IMG/VR virus record: IMGVR_UViG_3300042731_009409
Span: 29,817 to 93,816 of that record
DNA from: a virus
Length of the DNA: 64,000 nucleotides
Strand: one strand, 5' to 3'
The notes beneath the pieces were generated by a model. It saw only the letters and a list, made by a program, of their open reading frames with translations, did not search any database and was not told the DNA's origin. Within the stretch, counting starts at the first letter, position 1. Every line of letters begins with the position of its first letter. Of the stretch, positions 30,594 to 39,811 are shown piece by piece. The translations under genes and the position numbers were made by a program.

Positions 30594-31391
30594 TCAGAGT
30601 TGAAAATTAGAGTTGAAAATATTCCAATATTTTTCAACTCTTTCTTCGAATTCATAAAAATCCATACCGGCAGGATCCCATTTTCTTTTGGAGCAATGTC
30701 GATGAGCTATTAAACCATAATGTTCTCTTGGCCTAAAAATTGTATCCCAAGGTATTTCCCCTTCACGGTTTTTCGGGAACTTTGGAGGTTCTTTAAACGT
30801 CCATGGAACCACTCCTGTAAGGTGTTTATCGTGTTTCAATGCCACCCAACAACCAGCATATAAACGAGCAACAGCATCGATCGTAGCATCTGTCATTTTA
30901 AAAATTTTCCTTTTAACGCTAAACACTGGTTGTTCAACAATTTCATGCGGAACATTTCCATTTTTATCATTTCTTGCTTGATTATAATAATCCGGCTTTT
31001 GCCACGCTGATGGATAATGACAAATTTCTATCCCTACAGATGTAGAATTCATTTTCCCCGCGTGCAAACAAACCCAATCAGCATCGACAAATTGATATAT
31101 AGTTGGCACGCCAAAAGGTTCATCGTATGCAAAATGAACTGACAATTTTCTAATATCCCATAACACATGATACATTACTCCAGGGTTCAATCTATCTTGT
31201 CCGGCATGATGCACAAGCAGTTGTCTAACATCTCTATTTCTTTTTTTTATTCTAAGAGGTCTTTTATATCCGTCATAACCATCGATTTCAAACCATTTTT
31301 TTACCCTTACGCCTATATCATACTGTCTTCTTGCATACACAAAAGTGTTTTTCTCATCAAAACTTCCCGTAAGGCTATACTTATTCATCAC
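30594..31391 (-). CDS. Endolysin, N-acetylmuramoyl-L-alanine amidase (Amidase_2)
   Basis: LLVHHAG, SVHF, HAGKMNSTSVGIEI, IAHRHCSKRKWDPAG. Confidence 0.92.
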   Translation of the reverse strand: MMNKYSLTGSFDEKNTFVYARRQYDIGVRVKKWFEIDGYDGYKRPLRIKKRNRDVRQLLVHHAGQDRLNPGVMYHVLWDIRKLSVHFAYDEPFGVPTIYQFVDADWVCLHAGKMNSTSVGIEICHYPSAWQKPDYYNQARNDKNGNVPHEIVEQPVFSVKRKIFKMTDATIDAVARLYAGCWVALKHDKHLTGVVPWTFKEPPKFPKNREGEIPWDTIFRPREHYGLIAHRHCSKRKWDPAGMDFYEFEERVEKYWNIFNSNFQL

Positions 31392-32046
31392 TTTTCTTTC
31401 TTTTTTTCTTTTTCTTCTTCTTTTTGGGTTTTATATATTCAGGTTCGGTTATTATTTCTGCATCTACAACTTCTGGCAAGGCTTTTGCTTCTCCATAATG
31501 CAAATTACCAATTTGTAAATTTACTATATTATCGTCTGTTGTACTGGTTGTTATCTTTGCAAATTTTCTAGACTGTTTTATAATTGCTTTTCTAAGTTCG
31601 CTTGATGATAGTTCAGTAACAATCGAATATTCGCTTTTTTGCGTTATGGTCTTTTTGATAACACCTAGCTCTTGTCCATTTTTCAAAATTTTATCAAGTA
31701 TTTCTGATCTTGCACGAATGGCAGACACCACCCCGCCATAATTGCGCGAATTACCATCAAATCCCTTTATTAATTTGCTCAATTCAACAACGTTGTCCAG
31801 TTGATTAAGATAATATTCAAAATATATATGTTCTATTGGCTTGTTTTTTATCTCAGACGATTTTTCTTCTACCACCTCTTTTTTGAGAGACAAAAGTTCA
31901 TCATTATCAAGCCCCATTATTTCACTAATTTCACTTAAATTTCTGCCTTCAGACGCAAGTTCATAAAACAAGCCTATTTTTTCCAACCGTTTTGTTATTT
32001 TATTCTTCTTCATCGTTTGCAATAGACCGCTCGGTTTTCCAACCAA
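31381..32046 (-). CDS. Probable terminase small subunit (HTH plus helical)
   Basis: GRNLSEISEIMGL HTH; upstream of packaging genes. Confidence 0.55.
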   Translation of the reverse strand: MVGKPSGLLQTMKKNKITKRLEKIGLFYELASEGRNLSEISEIMGLDNDELLSLKKEVVEEKSSEIKNKPIEHIYFEYYLNQLDNVVELSKLIKGFDGNSRNYGGVVSAIRARSEILDKILKNGQELGVIKKTITQKSEYSIVTELSSSELRKAIIKQSRKFAKITTSTTDDNIVNLQIGNLHYGEAKALPEVVDAEIITEPEYIKPKKKKKKKKRKKSDE

Positions 32047-32254
32047 CCAATTCTACAAATTTCGTTTCATTTTTAAAAATTTTATCAAGATCGCTATCTC
32101 TAATATAAACAAGATTTTTAACTCCGTTAAAATCTGTTTTTATAAGAATGCCGTCCTCAGGATAAAAACTGTTGGCGTAAGAATTAGATGCCAATTGTCT
32201 AATTCCGTTATCGCCCCCTTTTACACATTTCCCCGATACAATAATTTTATTCAT
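32000..32254 (-). CDS. Hypothetical protein
   Basis: ORF track, coupled. Confidence 0.5.
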   Translation of the reverse strand: MNKIIVSGKCVKGGDNGIRQLASNSYANSFYPEDGILIKTDFNGVKNLVYIRDSDLDKIFKNETKFVELVGWKTERSIANDEEE

Positions 32255-32447
32255 TACATGCCTCTACGGTCTTTATTTTCATATGACTTTCTGGATGGTT
32301 TTTTCTAATTTTTTCATACACTTCATTTTTTGAATTAGCACAAAGTATATGACTTCCGCCGCCACATTCGAGTGCAAAAATTATTTTATACAAAGAGATT
32401 TTGGATTTCTTCGAGGTATTTATTTTCATTTCAAAACCTCCTTTCAC
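32247..32447 (-). CDS. Hypothetical protein
   Basis: GGAGG RBS suggests internal Met start. Confidence 0.5.
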   Translation of the reverse strand: MKGGFEMKINTSKKSKISLYKIIFALECGGGSHILCANSKNEVYEKIRKNHPESHMKIKTVEACNE

Positions 32448-32485
32448 ATTTCCACATTAATTGTTTGTTAAATAAAAGTAAAGTA

Positions 32486-32845
32486 TTAAACTTTTTCAGA
32501 CAGTATTTTTTTAACTATGTCTATTTTTGTATCATATTCATATATACAAGCCGAATAATCAAACCAATCTTTTTCATTGTCCAAAACAATAATTTTTCGT
32601 TTTGTGCAAATAGTTTTTTTAAAAAACAAAAAATCATATGATTTTAACAACAAAAATCTTTTACAGTCAGAAATTGCAGAAACCAACTTCTGCAATTCAA
32701 TCAAATCGTTTATTTCTTCGGAGCTATACCTAGAGACAACAACGGAATGTTTTGTATTGACATGCCTTGTCTTTATATCATTTTTAGACACATATATCCA
32801 TTTTTGATTTTTTTTGAAGTATTTTCCAAAAATATATTTTTTCAA
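32486..32845 (-). CDS. Hypothetical protein
   Basis: ATGA-coupled. Confidence 0.5.
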   Translation of the reverse strand: MKKYIFGKYFKKNQKWIYVSKNDIKTRHVNTKHSVVVSRYSSEEINDLIELQKLVSAISDCKRFLLLKSYDFLFFKKTICTKRKIIVLDNEKDWFDYSACIYEYDTKIDIVKKILSEKV

Positions 32846-33432
32846 TTTTCTAAAATTTTCTTAACGGCTCGATATGGATAGTCATTTCTATCGTGCAAAT
32901 ATATATCGTCAGCAACGGAAAATGGCCACATGTAATAATAAACTGGCCCTGAGAATTTTTTATCAATCGATTTTAATACAACATTATTGTTCCCCCTTAA
33001 TGCTTTTATCATATAGGTCATAGAGTAGCCTCTAAATTCAAAATAAGTTCTAAACGGGGCAGGAATCGGCAGCAAAAATAACAAAAATAACAAAAACCAT
33101 AAATTGTAAAATGCAAAAAATGCAAAAAGCGATAATATTTGTGGAAACAAATAACCTAGTTCAAATAAAATCGGTAATTTTTTACTGTCATAAACGTGAA
33201 CATATTCGTGAGACAATATCCGGAAGGTTCTATCACAATCTTTCTCAAAAAAATCTTTATTTGGAAAATATACTTTTCCAAATAAAGTTGTTGTATTTCT
33301 TGTCATATAATCTTTAGCAAAAAACAATATTTTAGATATTGCTTTGTTCATTTTAGATTCGTTCTTGAATCTGATCTCGAATTTCGGATTAACTTTTTTT
33401 ATTTCTCTTATCAATTCGTCTATTTTCTTCAT
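32842..33432 (-). CDS. Putative Zn metallopeptidase (HExxH) with hydrophobic segment
   Basis: ILSHEYVHVYD; later FEFRGY third-ligand-like motif. Confidence 0.65.
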   Translation of the reverse strand: MKKIDELIREIKKVNPKFEIRFKNESKMNKAISKILFFAKDYMTRNTTTLFGKVYFPNKDFFEKDCDRTFRILSHEYVHVYDSKKLPILFELGYLFPQILSLFAFFAFYNLWFLLFLLFLLPIPAPFRTYFEFRGYSMTYMIKALRGNNNVVLKSIDKKFSGPVYYYMWPFSVADDIYLHDRNDYPYRAVKKILEN

Positions 33433-33451
33433 CGTTATTCAACTTCTTTCA

Positions 33452-33886
33452 TCAACTTTTGCTCAAAAAAATCTTTAAATCGTCAATTACACCCTGGAGA
33501 TCCGCAACAATCTCTTCTCGTTCTTCTTGTCCAGAATGCTCACTCCACAAACGCATGAGATCATATACACCTTCATATTCGAAAGCTGTCCTGACCACTG
33601 CCACAATAAATGAGGTGGGCAATCCGCTTTTCTTCATCTGACAGCCTATTTCACATAGTTCCGCTTGTCTGTCTGGGTTGAGAATTGCTTGAGAACTCAT
33701 AACAACATCCCTTGTATTATATTCATCGCATACAAAATAATCATATACGTTACATTTAAAATATACACACTTTTTATTTCTGTAGTTTTTACAGTTACTG
33801 CAAGTTTCTTTGCCAAAAGTAATCCTATATCTTCTTTTGGCTCTTTCAATTATATCTTTCATAAAAACCCTTTTTTGCTTTAGCAA
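33452..33886 (-). CDS. Hypothetical protein with Cys cluster
   Basis: CSNCKNY...C...C. Confidence 0.5.
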   Translation of the reverse strand: MLKQKRVFMKDIIERAKRRYRITFGKETCSNCKNYRNKKCVYFKCNVYDYFVCDEYNTRDVVMSSQAILNPDRQAELCEIGCQMKKSGLPTSFIVAVVRTAFEYEGVYDLMRLWSEHSGQEEREEIVADLQGVIDDLKIFLSKS

Positions 33887-33895
33887 TTATAAAAA

Positions 33896-33917
33896 TCGGC
33901 TTTTAAGGAAAAGCCGA
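33896..33917 (-). terminator. Intrinsic terminator-like hairpin
   Basis: TCGGCTTTT-N4-AAAAGCCGA followed by a T run on the minus strand. Confidence 0.6.
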
Positions 33918-34039
33918 AAACCAAGTGTGCATATAAAATATTTCTAATGACAACCTTTAAAGGTGTTGTCTTTTAAAACAACTAAAGCCAACCATAAATA
34001 TCACCTCCAATCAAAATACTTTTAAAATTTTTAAAAAAC

Positions 34040-34075
34040 ACTTCTGTTTAGAATAATATTATTCTAAACAGAAGT
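34040..34075 (-). terminator. Perfect 36-bp palindrome, probable terminator
   Basis: ACTTCTGTTTAGAATAATATTATTCTAAACAGAAGT; 5 nt after stop of 34081..34647, followed by a T run on the minus strand. Confidence 0.7.
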
Positions 34076-34080
34076 CAACG

Positions 34081-34647
34081 TCAATAATTTCTAACTTCCC
34101 AAATCAGCGTATTTATTTTAAACAAACCTACAGGTATATTAAAACAAGTAAACTCAATTACAGGACAATTAGTGTTTGCTTCACCGCAATACAAATCTAT
34201 TAAGTCAAAGATCATGTCATATGACCGTGGGTCACAATATCTTTTTAATCTCTGTTTGGCAAGCAAATTGGTCTCAAAAGATATGTCTCCAGTTGCCATT
34301 GCCAAACCCAAAGGCATTTTTAAATAAGTGTAATGGAGATATAGTTTATCCGCATAAACAATTTCTCCTTGCAAGGTTCTATTCTTATCTAGTGGGCCTT
34401 CAAAAAAAATATAATCCTCTACTAAATAGCCATATTTTTTTATTATGTTTTTTAAATTATGTTTTTTTTCATAATAAATTCTTTTCTTTTGCGGGATTTT
34501 GTTTCCATCTAATTTTGTATTCCGAGCCGAAACATATCCGTCATAACTATCTTCAAGCAATTCATTTATGTTTTTCCAAGCTTTTAGAGTATTGCCGGTT
34601 CTGTACAATTCAGTTTGTTTATAATAATCAGATTTGGTTTTTATCAT
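34081..34647 (-). CDS. Conserved phage hypothetical protein (IEF...VG...TLIWEVRNY C-terminus)
   Basis: Motif seen by eye. Confidence 0.6.
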   Translation of the reverse strand: MIKTKSDYYKQTELYRTGNTLKAWKNINELLEDSYDGYVSARNTKLDGNKIPQKKRIYYEKKHNLKNIIKKYGYLVEDYIFFEGPLDKNRTLQGEIVYADKLYLHYTYLKMPLGLAMATGDISFETNLLAKQRLKRYCDPRSYDMIFDLIDLYCGEANTNCPVIEFTCFNIPVGLFKINTLIWEVRNY

Positions 34648-34978
34648 TATCGATTTTCTTCAAAAGCTGCTCAAGATCTGTGTCGTATGGAATATTATGA
34701 TAACAACAACAGCCCACCTCTGCCATTGTGCCATTGCTATCTTTCCAGCCTGGTAGCAACAGCATGCCGTCGCACCTTTTCAGCAATTTTAATAATCCTT
34801 GTAACACTTTTCCTTCATGCAATTCACCGTAAAAATTTTTTCCCAAAAGATGTGGTGTAACGGGCACATTTCCACTCTTCCATATTTCGAGAGTTTTCTC
34901 TTCGGACCTTCTTACGTTTTTTTGTATCAACCAGTTTGTATTAGCTCTAAACGGCCCCGCAATATAAATTATTTTCAT
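34628..34978 (-). CDS. DUF4406/DUF1937-like (nucleoside deoxyribosyltransferase-like) protein
   Basis: IIYIAGPF...PVTPHL...LKRCDGMLLLPGWKDSNGTMAE. Confidence 0.85.
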   Translation of the reverse strand: MKIIYIAGPFRANTNWLIQKNVRRSEEKTLEIWKSGNVPVTPHLLGKNFYGELHEGKVLQGLLKLLKRCDGMLLLPGWKDSNGTMAEVGCCCYHNIPYDTDLEQLLKKIDNDKNQI

Positions 34979-34992
34979 TTTTTAATAGTATC

Positions 34993-35235
34993 CTAATTTT
35001 CACACTCTATCTTAGATTTTTCCATATTATAAACCATGTCGGAAAATTTTTTTTCATTTTTTAAAATTAATTTTTTATTTTTTTTATCAATTTTTGCGAG
35101 ATGCCTCGTTTTAAAAAAAATAAAATTTTTGAAATCAACTTTTTCTTCACAACGTAGAGTTATATAAACATGGTAGTCTGTTTCGGTTTTGTATAACATA
35201 TACCTTTTATTGCCGATATTATTAAAAGCCAACAT
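34993..35235 (-). CDS. Hypothetical protein
   Basis: ORF track. Confidence 0.45.
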   Translation of the reverse strand: MLAFNNIGNKRYMLYKTETDYHVYITLRCEEKVDFKNFIFFKTRHLAKIDKKNKKLILKNEKKFSDMVYNMEKSKIECEN

Positions 35236-35454
35236 TTATTTATTCCTCTGCTTTCTTCTATTCCTTTTGTTTCTATTTCGCTCCGTTTTTGTCTGAGCGA
35301 ATGGGTTTGGTGATTTGTCAAATTCCTTTCTAAACCTTTTCATTTCGTCGTTGTATTTTTTTTGGAGCCTTACGGTTGACATCTTTAAGGTAACGTTCAT
35401 GCCGCGTTCATTTAAAAAATTTACCATTTGTTGACGTTTTTCTTTTACAGACAT
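35236..35454 (-). CDS. Basic hypothetical protein
   Basis: ORF track, RBS. Confidence 0.55.
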   Translation of the reverse strand: MSVKEKRQQMVNFLNERGMNVTLKMSTVRLQKKYNDEMKRFRKEFDKSPNPFAQTKTERNRNKRNRRKQRNK

Positions 35455-35605
35455 TTTTTGTCCCTTTGTTCAGAAATTAACAAAAACAGAAACAAAGTCC
35501 AACTATCGTTACCAGTTCTAGTGACGCCAAAAAGATTGTTGTTTTTACTATGTTGTACATTGTTTCCCCCGTTTCGACATTGTTTTTCAATGTCCTTCTA
35601 ATATT

Positions 35606-35633
35606 ATGATAGCTCAAACAACAAGGTCGTCAA
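35606..35633 (-). promoter_or_regulatory. Putative sigma70-type promoter
   Basis: TTGACG-N16-TATCAT. Confidence 0.45.
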
Positions 35634-35645
35634 CAAAAAAAATCA

Positions 35646-35885
35646 TTATTCAAATTTTTCAATCTCTTTTTCCAAACACTGATATTCTCTTATTTTTTCT
35701 ATAATATTTTTGTTTATACCCCGCTCTTCCCAACGTTCTATAAAAGTTTCTAACTTTTCATGTTTGAACGGAATTTGTTTGCAAGCAAAATATCCGGCCA
35801 ATTCCAACATTTTCCTTTTTATATCATTCTCGTTCATTCTCGTTTTGTTCCGCCAAATTTTCAAATAAATGATAAACGGGCACAA
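35646..35885 (-). CDS. Hypothetical protein
   Basis: ORF track. Confidence 0.45.
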   Translation of the reverse strand: MCPFIIYLKIWRNKTRMNENDIKRKMLELAGYFACKQIPFKHEKLETFIERWEERGINKNIIEKIREYQCLEKEIEKFE

Positions 35886-36147
35886 TTTCTTCTAACATTT
35901 TATTTAGACAAAATTTACAACATACTGCAGATTTTAAAAATTTCCATCCAAATTTCATAACAATGTGAGTGCCATATTCCTCATTGTCCGAATATATTCT
36001 TTCAACACAACCACAATAATCGCATTTGTAAACAAATTCAAAGTTCTCGGAATCCATAATATTTATCAACACCATTTGACATATTTTTTGTGGCCAGCCA
36101 GACAACGGTTTTTTCCTTGGCCAACACGAAACACGCAAATTTTTCAC
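35824..36147 (-). CDS. Hypothetical protein with Zn-finger (CDYC/CCKFC)
   Basis: Cys pairs; true start probably internal. Confidence 0.45.
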   Translation of the reverse strand: MKNLRVSCWPRKKPLSGWPQKICQMVLINIMDSENFEFVYKCDYCGCVERIYSDNEEYGTHIVMKFGWKFLKSAVCCKFCLNKMLEEIVPVYHLFENLAEQNENERE

Positions 36148-36316
36148 CGATGGTTTTTTTTAAAATCGGAAAAAACCGACAGTTAAAGATAACATAATCT
36201 TCGCCATACGTCCATACTGTATTATATGACACAATATTTTTGTATTGTAAAAAATCTTTATGTTTAAAGTTCAAACTGTTGCACAATGCCTTCAAAGATG
36301 GCCTAAAAGGTATCAT
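36038..36316 (-). CDS. Hypothetical protein
   Basis: ORF track. Confidence 0.4.
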   Translation of the reverse strand: MIPFRPSLKALCNSLNFKHKDFLQYKNIVSYNTVWTYGEDYVIFNCRFFPILKKTIGEKFACFVLAKEKTVVWLATKNMSNGVDKYYGFREL

Positions 36317-36318
36317 TT

Positions 36319-36810
36319 TTAAACTGCCTCGTCGTGTTCGTATGAAACGAACAGGTCTTTTCCTATTTTATGATAGGAAAAAATTACCGATTCTTGAACT
36401 ATTTTAAAATTCGACAAACCTTTTTTTTCAAAAGGATGTACCCAAACATCTATTTTTTGTTTATCTGGCAAAGAATCATATATTTTTGTTATTTTTTTTA
36501 ATCGTCTAGCCATAGTTTTCCTATTTGCTGTATACGGTTCTAACAGAGATTTTAAAAAGGCTCTTTTACACCTTCCATACACTTCGTAATATATTTCTAA
36601 ATCACCGTCACAATCAATCCGAGTATTATTTGCGACAAGAAAAAATTCGTCAAACCTTTCTGCGTTTTTCTTGTCGCGAACTGGAACTAGATCACGTATA
36701 CTTAAAGAATAAGATTCATTTTGAAAAACACCAAGAGATTCCATGTATTCTTTGGCTTTTTCGCTTCCCGATCTCCATCCAGACAATTCTTTTGCTTCTT
36801 TGTAGTTCAT
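36319..36810 (-). CDS. Hypothetical protein
   Basis: 163 aa, RBS. Confidence 0.6.
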   Translation of the reverse strand: MNYKEAKELSGWRSGSEKAKEYMESLGVFQNESYSLSIRDLVPVRDKKNAERFDEFFLVANNTRIDCDGDLEIYYEVYGRCKRAFLKSLLEPYTANRKTMARRLKKITKIYDSLPDKQKIDVWVHPFEKKGLSNFKIVQESVIFSYHKIGKDLFVSYEHDEAV

Positions 36811-37331
36811 TTTGCTTTCCTTTGTTTTATTGTTATTGCATGGTTTTCAAGCAAATATTCTACCTCTGTGTCACCACAAACCCACTTGTCATTATCATTT
36901 TTGCAATTTTTTAAATAGCGATTTATTAATGGATTAAAATCAGCTAAAAATTGTGTATCAAACCAACCCATTACACAATACAGACCATACTCGTCAAAAA
37001 TCAATTGTATCTGGGGATAAGAAGAAACTATATCAATTAAAAACAGATCGTCAACAGCTATGACTATCACCCTATTTTTGCCTTGTTTTATTGTTTCATG
37101 ATATATTTTTGCATCGGTCAAAACTTTTTTCACTTGTTCTCTGGTCATTCCCCATTCGAAAGGTCCAATTCCTTTATCATGGACATGCCAAATTTTCATT
37201 TGTTTTTTTCTTGCTTCAAAATAACCATATTCGTTCGACAAATAAGAAAAATCAAATTTTTCAAAATAATTTTTCTTTGCACATGCCATTGTTAAAACCA
37301 ACAACATAAACAATAATACAATTTTTTTCAT
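36807..37331 (-). CDS. Putative lipoprotein
   Basis: MKKIVLLFMLLVLTMAC signal and lipobox; start moved from 37370 to 37331. Confidence 0.65.
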   Translation of the reverse strand: MKKIVLLFMLLVLTMACAKKNYFEKFDFSYLSNEYGYFEARKKQMKIWHVHDKGIGPFEWGMTREQVKKVLTDAKIYHETIKQGKNRVIVIAVDDLFLIDIVSSYPQIQLIFDEYGLYCVMGWFDTQFLADFNPLINRYLKNCKNDNDKWVCGDTEVEYLLENHAITIKQRKAK

Positions 37332-37351
37332 TTTATTACCCTTTCCTTTAT

Positions 37352-37828
37352 TTACAACCAATTGAAACAAGAATCATGTTTTTCACGATCTTTTGTAAGA
37401 CCTACCTCTCTAAGATCTGTTCCTGTCAGATCTGCTCCTGTAAAGTTTACCTCTCTAAGATCTGCCCCTGTCAGGTTTGCCAATCTAAGATCTACATTTT
37501 CTAAATTTGATTTGTATAGGTTTGACCGTCTAAGATCTGCCCATCTAAGATCAGACCGTCTAAAATCTGCCCCCCTAAGATCTGCCCATCTAAGATCCAC
37601 CCACCTAAGATCCGCCCACCTAAGTTCTGCCCCTCTAAGTTCTGCTCCTCTGAGATCTGCTCCTCTAAGATCTGCCCAACTAAGATCTGCCCCTCTAAGA
37701 TCTGCCCCTCTAAGATCCGCTCCGCTCAAATCCGCTCCGCTCAAAGTGGCTTCGCACAAATCAGCACATTGCAAATCTCTTCTCCCACGTTTTATTTCGT
37801 CTATTAAGCTCATTCTACCCCCCCCCAA
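37352..37828 (-). CDS. Pentapeptide repeat protein
   Basis: A(D/E)L(S/R)G repeats throughout. Confidence 0.92.
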   Translation of the reverse strand: MGGGRMSLIDEIKRGRRDLQCADLCEATLSGADLSGADLRGADLRGADLSWADLRGADLRGAELRGAELRWADLRWVDLRWADLRGADFRRSDLRWADLRRSNLYKSNLENVDLRLANLTGADLREVNFTGADLTGTDLREVGLTKDREKHDSCFNWL

Positions 37829-38619
37829 ACTAAGAATTCGGTGACTCGGTACTTCGATCCCGCTTTGTGGAGATTATGAGCCTCGAAAAGCACGGAGATC
37901 ACCTCTGAGCGGTATCGAGCTTCGCGCTTCGCTTCTTGAAATGTAGGAAAAACATAAAGCCCGGGATGACATTCGGTGTCGCAAGTCGAAAACACTGGCG
38001 CTTTGTACAACTCGCCTACTTCGTATATCGTCGATCCAATATACTTTGATTCCCGAGTCCTATACCCGATCTTCCAACTGGCGTCGTGGTCTACGAAATT
38101 GTCAGCCAAGCCGTTTGGGGGATTTGTCGGATCTAAGCATGTTTGGGACAAATCGGCTCCGCTCAAATAGGCTTCTCTCAAACAGGCTTCTCTAAGATCG
38201 GCTCCGCTCAAACAGGCTTCTCTAAGATCGGCTCCGCTCAAATAGGCTTCTCTCAAACAGGCTTCTCTAAGATCGGCTTCTCTAAGATCGGCTCCGCTCA
38301 AATAGGCTCCGAGCAAATCGGCTCCGCTCAAATAGGCTCCGAGCAAATCGGCTCCGCTCAAATCGGCTCCGAGCAAATCGGCTCCGCTCAAATCGGCTCC
38401 GAGCAAATCGGCTCCGCTCAAATCGGCCCTTCGCAAATCGGCTCCGCTCAAATCGGCTCCGCTCAAATCGGCTCCTCTAAGATCTGCCCAACTAAGAACT
38501 GCTCCTCTAAGAACTGCTCCTCTAAGATCCAACCACCTAAGATCCAACCACCTAAGATCTGCCCAAGAAAAATCTCTTTCTCCATTTTTATATTTTTTTA
38601 GAAGTTCTTCGCGCATCAT
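37810..38619 (-). CDS. Pentapeptide repeat protein with C-terminal phage domain (...YEVGELY...ECHPGLYVF)
   Basis: ADLSG/AYLSG/ACLRE repeats plus globular C-terminus. Confidence 0.92.
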   Translation of the reverse strand: MMREELLKKYKNGERDFSWADLRWLDLRWLDLRGAVLRGAVLSWADLRGADLSGADLSGADLRRADLSGADLLGADLSGADLLGADLSGADLLGAYLSGADLLGAYLSGADLREADLREACLREAYLSGADLREACLSGADLREACLREAYLSGADLSQTCLDPTNPPNGLADNFVDHDASWKIGYRTRESKYIGSTIYEVGELYKAPVFSTCDTECHPGLYVFPTFQEAKREARYRSEVISVLFEAHNLHKAGSKYRVTEFLVWGGVE

Positions 38620-39056
38620 TTTGTTTTATTTTCCTTTGCCTTGTCATGTTTGTGTTTTGTTGGCCAAAAATATTCTAAATTATCAGTTTCTTTCCAGCCA
38701 AATTTTTTATAATATTCAAAATCTTTTCGCAAAAGATTTGACCGATGCGAAGCATGGAATTTTTCAACACCAAACCACCAAGGTCTTTTTGGGTTTTTTT
38801 CGAAACTCCAAAGCGGCATTGTGTTGTTATATCCTCTCCTGACCCATTCAATTATCATACGATTGCCATATTCGATCAAAGATTGTTCGTAGTCTCGCCA
38901 CATGAGTACAGCTGGATGATTTCTCCAACGACTTTTTGCTGGATACATCAACGCATTATATATCTGCCTTGCTTCAACCCTTTGCTTTCCAAGACGCCTA
39001 TAATCCAAAATTCTAGCCGTCTCTACAAAAGACCGAACAGGCAAAAACGTTTGCAT
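38616..39056 (-). CDS. Pyrimidine-dimer DNA glycosylase family (DenV / MSMEG_6728-like)
   Basis: MQTFLP...LDYRRLGKQRVEARQI...HPAVLMW...SHRSNLLRKD. Confidence 0.9.
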   Translation of the reverse strand: MQTFLPVRSFVETARILDYRRLGKQRVEARQIYNALMYPAKSRWRNHPAVLMWRDYEQSLIEYGNRMIIEWVRRGYNNTMPLWSFEKNPKRPWWFGVEKFHASHRSNLLRKDFEYYKKFGWKETDNLEYFWPTKHKHDKAKENKTK

Positions 39057-39057
39057 T

Positions 39058-39204
39058 TTAAATCGCTTTCAAGGCAAAATTTATCAGTATCAACAAAATT
39101 GTAAAAAATAAAGGAGATAACAAGATGCCTAACAAAACAGAAACCAAAATCATTAAGGTTTTTTCCCTGTCTGTAAGATAATAATATCTGTCGTCCCTAT
39201 TCAT
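39058..39204 (-). CDS. Small membrane protein, 48 aa (not in ORF track)
   Basis: MNRDDRYYYLTDREKTLMILVSVLLGILLSPLFFTILLILINFALKAI. Confidence 0.45.
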   Translation of the reverse strand: MNRDDRYYYLTDREKTLMILVSVLLGILLSPLFFTILLILINFALKAI

Positions 39205-39370
39205 AAATAACTACTGTGGGTTTCCCGTCAACGGGAATTTTTGCCCATAGATCTTCCGAATCATCTAAGATTGCCGAATCTATCCAAGTTTTTGATCTGC
39301 GCATTCTGTTAAGGATTTTTTTTTCTTCTTCAAGCTCGACCGAATCAAATTGTCTAGTTTTATCTGGCAT
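39197..39370 (-). CDS. Small hypothetical protein, 57 aa (not in ORF track)
   Basis: GGAGGT RBS; MPDKTRQFDSVELEEEKKIL...; TTGACA-N17-AATAAT upstream. Confidence 0.6.
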   Translation of the reverse strand: MPDKTRQFDSVELEEEKKILNRMRRSKTWIDSAILDDSEDLWAKIPVDGKPTVVIYE

Positions 39371-39458
39371 TTGTTACCTCCTATATTTATTATTTAATAT
39401 GTTTTGTTGGTTGTCAATAAAATAAATTTTTATTTTATTTTTACAATGCGATTGGAAT

Positions 39459-39811
39459 TCAATTTGCAAGCAAAACAACATAAATTTCATCGTAAAAAGC
39501 CACAATATTTTCCAAAATAGCTTTTGACAGTTTTAGAGTTGTTATGTCATTACCATTCTCAATATCAAGAGCGAGTGCTTCTATTGTTTTGTTAATCGGC
39601 ATATAAACTAGTTCAGCATTATAAATATCATTAACAAGAGTATTTGTTTCAACTAGAACTTTGCAATTTTTTTTCTATTTTCTGTTTGTAATTTTAATAA
39701 ATTCGGAATTGGCTCAACCTTTTCCAAGTCAATCGAAACAAGGGTGTCCAAATACAGATTTTTTCCAGTTCTAAAAACCCTGCCAACATAAAAATTTGCC
39801 GAATAACCCAT
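39459..39811 (-). pseudogene. Hypothetical gene split by a one-base frameshift at an A8 run
   Basis: 52-aa ORF stops at 39653; one extra A at 39667-39674 gives a continuous 117-aa product. Confidence 0.55.

Noticed and set aside
915-32000. Plus-strand ORFs overlapping the structural genes
   Set aside because: Antisense to well-supported minus-strand genes, with no RBS or recognisable domains
37362-38601. Plus-strand ORFs 37362..37844 and 38143..38601
   Set aside because: Antisense shadows of the pentapeptide repeats
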